A DNA stretch of 27,697 nt from a virus (taxonomy: Duplodnaviria; Caudoviricetes). The position numbers were made by a program, and so were the translations under genes. The DNA lies in the IMG/VR virus record IMGVR_UViG_3300011434_000020, positions 1 to 27,697 of that record; one strand, given 5' to 3'. The notes beneath the pieces were generated by a model. The model searched no databases and was not told where the DNA came from. It worked only from the letters and a program-made list of their open reading frames with translations. This document shows, piece by piece, positions 18,998-24,985 of the stretch. The first letter of the stretch is position 1; every line of letters starts with the position of its first letter.

Positions 18998-19219
18998 TTA
19001 TACCTCTGTCTCACTATTTGGATCATTAAACACAACTGCTTTAATTGCCCACATTGCAGTAGTCTCATTACAAGTAATTGCATGAGAGAGATGACGAGAT
19101 GGAGGACAAACCTCTCTCATTAGTTCTTCTACTTCACTAAATTTCTGGCGTAATAATGTAATTTTTTCCAGTCCAACTTGACTTGGCTTGTGGTACGCAT
19201 ACGGTTTATCAATAGGCAT
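18998..19219 (-). CDS. Acb2/Tad1-like helical-hairpin protein, candidate cyclic-nucleotide sponge
   Basis: YAYHKP...LRQKF...CPPSRHLSHAITCNETTAMWAIKAV resembles the YH.P...P.SRE.S.A.T.LE...MWA..A pattern of that family. Confidence 0.6.
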   Translation of the reverse strand: MPIDKPYAYHKPSQVGLEKITLLRQKFSEVEELMREVCPPSRHLSHAITCNETTAMWAIKAVVFNDPNSETEV

Positions 19220-19225
19220 TTTGCC

Positions 19226-19579
19226 CTACTTTGGTTGTGCGTGCTCTGGAAGTTCGTTATCAGGAACAGCAACGAATCCTAAACAAGCAACCCACTTCAC
19301 TACTAGCTTGAGGCCAGGATGAAGTTGAATTGGAGGAGTTACTACTGGATTGCCGGGAGTTGGAAGAGAGTTGTCAATAGTCGGATCGAATGGAAAAACG
19401 GGAAGAGTTCCAATCGAACCGGGCGGAAGTGGTCTAGGTAATGAATTGTCTGGCCTTCCATAACCCGGTAAAGAGTTATCTGGCCTTCCACCCCATCCAC
19501 CTACAGGTACTTCTTGACCATAACCTGGATCAACTGGATTACCACGACCATCCAAAAACGTAATCATTGCTAAAGGCAT
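19226..19579 (-). CDS. Pro/Gly-rich protein with DNxLP repeats
   Basis: GRPDNSLP x2, IDNSLP, PDNELP; AGGAG RBS. Confidence 0.7.
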   Translation of the reverse strand: MPLAMITFLDGRGNPVDPGYGQEVPVGGWGGRPDNSLPGYGRPDNSLPRPLPPGSIGTLPVFPFDPTIDNSLPTPGNPVVTPPIQLHPGLKLVVKWVACLGFVAVPDNELPEHAQPK

Positions 19580-19597
19580 TTAGTTTCTCCTTTTTAA

Positions 19598-20227
19598 CTA
19601 GGCAGCAAAAACTTTCCAGATTGTTCCATTCCAACGAGCTAAAACTTGATTAGAGCCTCCACCTACTACTGTAGCTCCCCATGTTGCGACAGTAGAGTCA
19701 GAAATAGCAGCTACTGTTCCTATAATTGTAGGTGCAAGTATTTGTGAAAGAGGTCTAGCTGGTATTGCCATCATACTATTAGCTTGTGATAATACTATTG
19801 CACCATTATTTACATCTCTTGATATACTTTCTGTTCCACCAAGTCCAATTCTATTAAGCTCATAAAAAGCTCCACCAACCCACAATCTTGTATTTATTGT
19901 TGCTATATCACTAAATATAGGTTGAACACCAGCACCCTGACTAATCAGTACTTGTCCTACTACCGCTGTTGGTAATCCTCCACCGCCACTCTCTCCACCA
20001 ACGCCACTCATCACAGGCTTACACGTAACAACAGTTCCAACACCTGCACTTCTAATGAAAGCAGCACTAGTCTCAGTACCATTAGAAAATGGAATCCAAG
20101 TACTTCCATTAGTAGATGTTTCACATGCTGCTGTTGCAGTTACACTACACAGTACGGCTGGTAAAGTGTAGGAAATATTCTGAGTAAGAGTGGTTGGTTC
20201 GTATGGAGAGAGAAGTTGTTGGGGCAT
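19598..20227 (-). CDS. fibre-like / decoration virion protein
   Basis: Gly linker, GQVLISQGAGVQP fibre motif, C-terminal GGGSNQVLARWNGTIWKV. Confidence 0.55.
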   Translation of the reverse strand: MPQQLLSPYEPTTLTQNISYTLPAVLCSVTATAACETSTNGSTWIPFSNGTETSAAFIRSAGVGTVVTCKPVMSGVGGESGGGGLPTAVVGQVLISQGAGVQPIFSDIATINTRLWVGGAFYELNRIGLGGTESISRDVNNGAIVLSQANSMMAIPARPLSQILAPTIIGTVAAISDSTVATWGATVVGGGSNQVLARWNGTIWKVFAA

Positions 20228-20230
20228 GAT

Positions 20231-20764
20231 TTAAACATCAATCGTCTGATAGTGCTTCTCTTCCTTCATACTTGGCACATTAATAATAATTGCCGTTCGA
20301 TTGCCTTTTGATTCTTTTCCAGGGGAGGAAACTCGATCAAGAATCTTAGACATATCGACGGCAATTCTACTAGCTTCGCTCGAACTGGTACTGCTCATAT
20401 TATTAGCAACATGACCAAGAGCGGCAGCTAAGTTAGTTATTAGTTGTTCCTGAATCTTTTTTTCGTGTTCTAGCTTTTCTTCTGCAATTGTTTCTTTTCC
20501 GGAATTAACTCGTTCTCTTAATTCTTTATCAACTCCAGTTGCAACACCAACTAAACCTCTAGAGTTATTAGAGACTGTAGTCTGACTAACTCCCATTAAT
20601 TCAGCTATATTCTTTTGGGTATCTACTGAGTCTAGTATTCCAATTAGAGTTCTTTCATCATCTGTTAATCGTTCTTCTCTTTGACGTGGTTTTCTAGTAC
20701 GTTCCTGAACACGTAATTCTGTTTTGTTTAATCTCTTTTGTAATTCTTCAGGTGTAATATACAT
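20231..20764 (-). CDS. HTH DNA-binding protein, candidate terminase small subunit
   Basis: HTH TQKNIAELMGVSQTTVS, coiled-coil middle, C-terminal beta strand AIIINVP; first gene of the late operon; start reassigned to MYITPEE. Confidence 0.55.
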   Translation of the reverse strand: MYITPEELQKRLNKTELRVQERTRKPRQREERLTDDERTLIGILDSVDTQKNIAELMGVSQTTVSNNSRGLVGVATGVDKELRERVNSGKETIAEEKLEHEKKIQEQLITNLAAALGHVANNMSSTSSSEASRIAVDMSKILDRVSSPGKESKGNRTAIIINVPSMKEEKHYQTIDV

Positions 20765-20787
20765 GATTATATTCCTGTGCAGGGACC

Positions 20788-20816
20788 ACCTTACCACATT
20801 ATGTACTTAGGCGCAA
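20788..20816 (-). promoter_or_regulatory. candidate leftward promoter of the morphogenesis operon
   Basis: Minus strand TTGCGC-17 bp-TAAGGT with extended -10 TG, 23 nt before the ATG at 20764. Confidence 0.45.
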
Positions 20817-21071
20817 GGCCCATTTTGCTAAGGATTTTGGCTATTTCCAGTGTCCAGGTTTTGTCCATAATTAAGGACGTCCATATTTTTTGATTTTTTG
20901 TTTTTTATCTGTTTACTTAACAATCCTTTTTATATGTTACCTCCTATTGTTTTTATGACAGAGACTCTGAGAAGCAAGCTTTCCGTTCTGGAGAGCTATG
21001 GAACCTAATGGTCTTTCGGGTATAGGGGGATGGGTCGGTATTGATGATAGATACTAGCAACAGCTTGTTAT

Positions 21072-21102
21072 AACAACATAACAACCAAACAACATAACAA
21101 CC
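21072..21102. repeat. 15-bp direct repeat x2 (AACAACATAACAACC)
   Basis: Copies at 21072-21086 and 21088-21102; overlaps palindrome TTGTTATAACAA (21065-21076). Confidence 0.85.
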
Positions 21103-21197
21103 TATTGTCATACCAATAAGACAACCTACCGCTTAGGGCATTTGCCCTATCCTAGTCTAAGGAACTTCTGAACATCTGAACCGTCTAACTCTCTGTA

Positions 21198-21256
21198 AGT
21201 CGTTGTTCGTTTCGTTGTTAGTCGTTCGTTAGTCGTTAGTCGTTAGTCGTTCGTCG
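21198..21256. repeat. short tandem repeat array of AGTCGTT / TCGTT
   Basis: AGTCGTT at 21198, 21220, 21231, 21238, 21245 plus partial CGTT units. Confidence 0.9.
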
Positions 21257-21343
21257 CATCGTGCAAGGTAGCACTTGGGCATCGTGTCCATTAAGCTACA
21301 GTAGTTGTAAGCTACTCGGCGCAACCGGAGACCGTAATGCTTA

Positions 21344-21492
21344 CTCCTATCTATCCGTGGCTCGCAGTAGAGTTACTAAACTGCGGAATGAGCGGGAGCC
21401 CCTAGCAGGCGCGGGGCGATATAAATAGAGCTAGGTAGAGTTACTACGCCTAGTCAATTGTGCCGTCGTTTGCCGGGTGTCTCTCCCGGTAG
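21344..21492 (+). ncRNA. candidate structured leader RNA with twin GTAGAGTTACTA hairpins
   Basis: CGCAG-TAG-AGTTA-CTA-aa-CTGCG (21363-21385), CTAGG-TAG-AGTTA-CTA-cg-CCTAG (21431-21453), plus GCCCC/GGGGC and CCGGG/CCCGG stems. Confidence 0.5.
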
Positions 21493-21510
21493 AATTACAA
21501 TACGCCAAAA

Positions 21511-21790
21511 GCCTAATGGATTGATTCAGGGGCTATCGAAAGGTTGTCCCCATGAATAATCACATTTTGGTTGGTTCAGACTCACTCAGTAGAGTAGTTG
21601 GTTTACCTCGCGTGACTACCTCGCATTACTGCCAATTCGGCAGATTGCTGGTATCTCACTTCGGTAATTCATTCAACGTTACTCGTTGTGACTCAGAAAA
21701 GCAGGCCCGTGAGTTTATGACGGCTGTCTGTAAGAACGTGAGAACTCGTTAACTCGTTTCTTTTCTAGCCTCTGAATCAGTCCATTAGGT
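21511..21790 (+). repeat. long-range stem 1 (arms 21511-21535 / 21766-21790) enclosing ORF 21552..21752
   Basis: GCCTAATGGATTGATTCAGGGGCTA / TAGCCTCTGAATCAGTCCATTAGGT: 25 of 25 paired, 3 G-U. Confidence 0.95.
21552..21752 (+). CDS. early hypothetical protein (66 aa)
   Basis: GAAAGG RBS; fills the loop of stem 1. Confidence 0.7.
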   Translation: MNNHILVGSDSLSRVVGLPRVTTSHYCQFGRLLVSHFGNSFNVTRCDSEKQAREFMTAVCKNVRTR

Positions 21791-21831
21791 TAGGTTCGCA
21801 GGTTTCTTTAGTGCCCTAGAAAGGTCACAAC

Positions 21832-21993
21832 ATGAAACCTACCAATCACCCAATCCACAGACTAACGTGGACTGATGGCAATGGTGAAAAGCAAACTCTA
21901 GACTTCCGTAGTCGTGAGCGAGCTATTTACTACCTGAACATCCTTATCCTTGATATGGGTGTTCCTGATGCCAAGCGGACTGTCATTCGCTAA
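21832..21993 (+). CDS. early hypothetical protein (53 aa)
   Basis: Not in track; GAAAGG RBS, MKPTNHPIHRLTWTDGNGEKQTLDF..., TAATG coupling to the next gene. Confidence 0.75.
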   Translation: MKPTNHPIHRLTWTDGNGEKQTLDFRSRERAIYYLNILILDMGVPDAKRTVIR

Positions 21994-22283
21994 TGACTCT
22001 CAATCACAAGATGGTTGAGTATCTGGATGACCAGCTAGAGAAGCAGGAACAAGCTATTGGAAAGCTTCAGTATGCTACTGCCTGCTCCGATAGAGAGCTA
22101 CCGACAGCACAAATGCTGTTTATCATGCTCGCAGAGGTTAACAGATACTCTCGCTACATTCGTCATGCTTTGCAGGAAGCGCATGATTGCGAACATTGTA
22201 AAGAAAACGGATTGATTGTCACTCTGGACTGCTACGATAGCTCAGAAGACATTCAATCAGACTTTCTCCCTGAACCTGAGTAG
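21993..22283 (+). CDS. early hypothetical protein (96 aa)
   Basis: TAATG coupling; HDCEHC motif; small TAGCCC/GGGCTA hairpin at the stop. Confidence 0.75.
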   Translation: MTLNHKMVEYLDDQLEKQEQAIGKLQYATACSDRELPTAQMLFIMLAEVNRYSRYIRHALQEAHDCEHCKENGLIVTLDCYDSSEDIQSDFLPEPE

Positions 22284-22344
22284 CCCTGCGGGGCTAACAA
22301 GTAAACCATTTCTTTTCAGGGCACTTAAGAAGCTTGCGAACCTA

Positions 22345-22992
22345 AGGATTGTAGACTCTCTAAAGTCTACTGGGCACCTAACCTAGTAGAAAGAGAGAGT
22401 GTAACAATGCTCAAACTTCACACCTGTAAGATTGCCAAAAAGGGCAAAGGACAGCAGGGGTTTGTCACGGTCGAAATGTTTGGTATTCCCAAGCTTGACG
22501 ACAATGGCATTGCCCGTTCCTTTGACTATTCAGATGTGGTAGCAGGTCATACCTTGACTACCCTTCTGGATGGCATCGAACAGACAAACAAACTCAACAA
22601 TCGTATGATGCTGGAAGCGATTGTTCGTGGTGCTGATTTGATGAACTCCCGTCAGTCCTTGCAGAATGCCGTAATGGTCAATGAAATGGCCGAATGGATT
22701 CTCGCTCAGGACTTGGCTGAAGACATGCAGAAAGCTGAAGACTTGGCTGCTGTGTGGAATCAGACTCAGGCGTTTCAAAAGAAGTGCGGAATCCTTGTCT
22801 ATTGCAAGGAAGACTTCGCAAAGGAACGTCAGAAGTATGTGGATTCTCAGAAAGCTTTGGGAATCTGGAAGTCTTGTCTCGTTGGAGACACTACGCCAGA
22901 GAATCCTGTCGAAGACATTCCTGAGACTCCTGCGGCGTCAGAGAGCAAGTAATATTAACCTGCTCAGTAGATTTCATAGAGTCTACAATCCT
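22345..22992 (+). repeat. long-range stem 3 (arms 22345-22376 / 22961-22992) enclosing ORF 22407..22952
   Basis: AGGATTGTAGACTCTCTAAAGTCTACTGGGCA / TGCTCAGTAGATTTCATAGAGTCTACAATCCT: 30 of 32 paired, 2 G-U. Confidence 0.95.
22407..22952 (+). CDS. early hypothetical protein (181 aa)
   Basis: Purine-rich RBS, acidic C-terminal tail; fills the loop of stem 3. Confidence 0.8.
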   Translation: MLKLHTCKIAKKGKGQQGFVTVEMFGIPKLDDNGIARSFDYSDVVAGHTLTTLLDGIEQTNKLNNRMMLEAIVRGADLMNSRQSLQNAVMVNEMAEWILAQDLAEDMQKAEDLAAVWNQTQAFQKKCGILVYCKEDFAKERQKYVDSQKALGIWKSCLVGDTTPENPVEDIPETPAASESK

Positions 22993-23058
22993 ATAGTCGG
23001 TAATCTTTTGTGGGGTTCTTTGGTAGCCTGCGGCCTAACCATTAGGAAGCAGGTTACT

Positions 23059-23292
23059 ATGTTCTACGAACTCAGCAAAGAAGTTAACACAAAGCTGGCA
23101 ATGATTGGTCACAGACACATCATGCACAAGCTTCACGTAAAGATGCGTAAGACGCATGAACGTGCCATTCTCCGGTCTGTCTATCAGGCATCAGGAGACA
23201 AGACAGTCAATGAAATCCTTTTGGAGAACGAAAACATTCTCTCAAAGGAAATCACTCAGGAAGAGATTGCTCAGGAAGCATTGAAATACTAA
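23059..23292 (+). CDS. early hypothetical protein (77 aa)
   Basis: Start reassigned to MFYELSKE (AGGAAGCAGG RBS) inside the 203 aa track ORF. Confidence 0.75.
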   Translation: MFYELSKEVNTKLAMIGHRHIMHKLHVKMRKTHERAILRSVYQASGDKTVNEILLENENILSKEITQEEIAQEALKY

Positions 23293-23345
23293 TGGAGCCT
23301 GTCATTCTCTACGACAACACAGGTCGAGTGATTCATCTCCGTTAG
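23292..23345 (+). CDS. possible 17 aa micro-ORF (MEPVILYDNTGRVIHLR)
   Basis: TAATG coupling; stops just before the 3' arm of stem 4. Confidence 0.4.
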   Translation: MEPVILYDNTGRVIHLR

Positions 23346-23493
23346 TTAACTGTCGCAGGCTACTTAAGAACTTCACAAGAGAATTACCTCTGAAGAGTGC
23401 CGTTCCTTAAACAAGAACAAATACTCAGCCCAAAAGGTTATTTACAGAGTGAGGGTTAAACGAACTGTAAACTGGCTCTTCAGAAAAGACTAT

Positions 23494-23925
23494 TTTGTTT
23501 GTGTGCTTTATTGGTAGCCTTGGAAGTAGAAAGGTATCCAATGATTGACTTGAGTAAGGTCACTAACAAGATTGCTGCAATCAAGGCACTACGCGAATTG
23601 CCAATCAAGATTCACACACAAGAGACTTCACCAATGTTTCACACTGTCTCAATCGATTTGGGATTGCGTGAGGCAAAGGAATTGGTTGAAGCAATCATGG
23701 CTATTCAGCCACAGACTTTCGTGGTGGATGGTCTGAATGCCAAAATCAAGACTCTGCAAGAGGAATTGCGTGAGACTGAAAATCGTCTTATGCTCTTTCG
23801 TTCCAACATTCAGGATTCCTTGGATAAGAGTTATCAGTCCAAGTCAATCTCTGACTACTCCGATAGCTACGACGACCCAAAGTTCTAACTAGTCTTTCAG
23901 GCTACCAGTTAAGCACACAAGCAAG
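23494..23925 (+). repeat. long-range stem 5 (arms 23494-23526 / 23894-23925) enclosing the bL12-like gene
   Basis: TTTGTTTGTGTGCTTTATTGGTAGCCTTGGAAG / CTTTCAGGCTACCAGTTAAGCACACAAGCAAG: 31 pairs, 4 G-U, 1 U-U, 1 bulge. Confidence 0.95.
23541..23888 (+). CDS. ribosomal protein bL12 (L7/L12) C-terminal-domain-like protein with coiled-coil tail
   Basis: NKIAAIKALRE-(insert)-LGLREAKELVE matches the bL12 signature KI.VIK.VRE.TGLGLKEAK.LVE; start reassigned to ATG 23541 (GAAAGG RBS). Confidence 0.75.
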   Translation: MIDLSKVTNKIAAIKALRELPIKIHTQETSPMFHTVSIDLGLREAKELVEAIMAIQPQTFVVDGLNAKIKTLQEELRETENRLMLFRSNIQDSLDKSYQSKSISDYSDSYDDPKF

Positions 23926-23926
23926 A

Positions 23927-24217
23927 ACTTATAGGTTTCATTCAGTGCTGGACAGAAAGGTTATCTAGTATGGAAAAGAAGTATTACCACTTCTATATTA
24001 CTTCAGGTTATGTAGAAGTTCTTGCTCTTAATCCTGAAGATGCAATCAGAAAGGTTACTGACGAGCGTAACAATTGCAGATTCCTTTTCACACAACCGTC
24101 AAAAGACCGTGATGGAGATGATTGTTTCATCTGTCTATCAGCACAAGGCAATCCAGAAGAAGTTAAGTAACTTAGTTAGGACTTCTCATTCTCCAGCATT
24201 GAATAAAATCTATAAGT
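23927..24217 (+). repeat. long-range stem 6 (arms 23927-23952 / 24192-24217) enclosing ORF 23970..24170
   Basis: ACTTATAGGTTTCATTCAGTGCTGGA / TCCAGCATTGAATAAAATCTATAAGT: 25 of 26 paired, 2 G-U. Confidence 0.95.
23970..24170 (+). CDS. early hypothetical protein (66 aa)
   Basis: GAAAGG RBS; VEVLALNPEDAIRKV motif common in small phage proteins. Confidence 0.75.
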   Translation: MEKKYYHFYITSGYVEVLALNPEDAIRKVTDERNNCRFLFTQPSKDRDGDDCFICLSAQGNPEEVK

Positions 24218-24714
24218 TTGGCAAAATGCCATGTATGCCTATGCTCATTTTGTGGTGGGCTTGTGGCTATCCTGTGGCTATCCTGTGGTCATCTTGTGGT
24301 AGGTCAAAATGCAGGTTTTCTACGAAATCCCTAGGAAATCTTCAATTTCTGGTCTACCATCCCCCTCCCTCCCCTACTTTTTTAGGGTAGGGTAGTGTCT
24401 CCTTTTTAGGTCAGTGGGTGGTGGGTGGTTCTTCTTTATATATAATAAAAAAAATATATATAAAGAAACACAAACAACTAAAGCAATACAAAACACCCCA
24501 AACCACTGTCACCAAAGGAGGACACCTTGACTACCCAAAAAGGGTATGGTATACTCCCCTAGTAGGCGGCAGAAAACCTCTAAGTGCCTGCTAGGCAAGG
24601 GGTTAAGGCTAGGGTAGGGGCTGAAAACTGCCAGAAATTTGCCACATAGCGCACCATAGAATAGCCACAAATAGCTAGCAATACAGCATATGAGTGTAAT
24701 GGCAAAAGAGCTAA
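24218..24714. other. non-coding quasi-palindromic region, candidate replication origin
   Basis: Central AT-rich dyad TTCTTTATATATA/TATATATAAAGAA, mirrored motifs on both sides, 11-bp TGTGGCTATCC-type tandem repeats at 24262-24300 with inverted copies near 24641-24670. Confidence 0.5.
24527..24555 (+). promoter_or_regulatory. strong sigma70-type promoter
   Basis: TTGACT (24527-24532)-17 bp-TATACT (24550-24555) with extended -10 TG. Confidence 0.8.
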
Positions 24715-24715
24715 A

Positions 24716-24985
24716 ATGCCAAACAAAGAGAGAACCAGATACATAGTAGTAATAGTGAATACTGATAAGACACTAAAATCAGTCTTTACTGGTTACTTTA
24801 CTGAATGTATAGACGCTGCAAACTACCTCATAGATAAATACAAGGTATCAAAAGATAAAATTGTATTTATTAGTGATTCAACACATGAGATTGTAAACAC
24901 CAAACATCTCATGAAGAAATTCTATTACAGAGATTTTGGTTCTTTTGGTAAAGAAACAAGATTAAAGCTACCTTGGGAAAGGTGA
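24716..24985 (+). CDS. hypothetical protein
   Basis: 89 aa, first ORF after the promoter. Confidence 0.65.
   Translation: MPNKERTRYIVVIVNTDKTLKSVFTGYFTECIDAANYLIDKYKVSKDKIVFISDSTHEIVNTKHLMKKFYYRDFGSFGKETRLKLPWER

Larger units (their letters stand above)
21791..22344 (+). repeat. long-range stem 2 (arms 21791-21817 / 22318-22344) enclosing two coupled ORFs
   Basis: TAGGTTCGCAGGTTTCTTTAGTGCCCT / AGGGCACTTAAGAAGCTTGCGAACCTA: 26 of 27 paired, 2 G-U, 1 U-U. Confidence 0.95.
22999..23388 (+). repeat. long-range stem 4 (arms 22999-23034 / 23352-23388)
   Basis: GGTAATCTTTTGTGGGGTTCTTTGGTAGCCTGCGGC / GTCGCAGGCTACTTAAGAACTTCACAAGAGAATTACC: 35 pairs, 5 G-U, 1 U-U, 1 bulge. Confidence 0.95.

Noticed and set aside
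1067-19228. Stop-codon reassignment or readthrough: several TAG stops are in frame with the next gene (1077, 3264, 10501, 19226)
   Set aside because: All large genes are intact under the standard code and most downstream genes have their own RBS; in-frame spacing occurs by chance one time in three. Readthrough at the zero-gap TAG-ATG junction (3264/3263) is not excluded but has no support.
21065-21256. CRISPR array
   Set aside because: Repeat units are 7-15 bp with no unique spacers and no cas genes.
20820-21500. tRNA genes or a clear rightward sigma70 promoter for the stem array
   Set aside because: No cloverleaf with T-loop consensus; candidate -10 boxes (TACAGT, TAGAAT) lack a convincing, correctly spaced -35.
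22681-23058. N-terminal part of the 203 aa track ORF
   Set aside because: Overlaps 22407..22952 and crosses stem arms; a good RBS and ATG exist at 23059.
21511-24217. Integron cassette array, IS/MITE terminal repeats or invertible segments
   Set aside because: Arms are unique per unit, lack GTTRRRY/RYYYAAC attC ends and target duplications, no recombinase is in the window, all cargo is co-oriented, and mismatches are strand-biased G-U.
21504-24222. GCCAA/TTGGC helix closing the entire six-stem multiloop
   Set aside because: Position is suggestive but it is only 5 bp, and TTGGC can equally pair with GCTAA at 24710-24714.
24022-24390. 122 aa ORF
   Set aside because: Runs through a real gene, a stem arm and the repeat region; no RBS.
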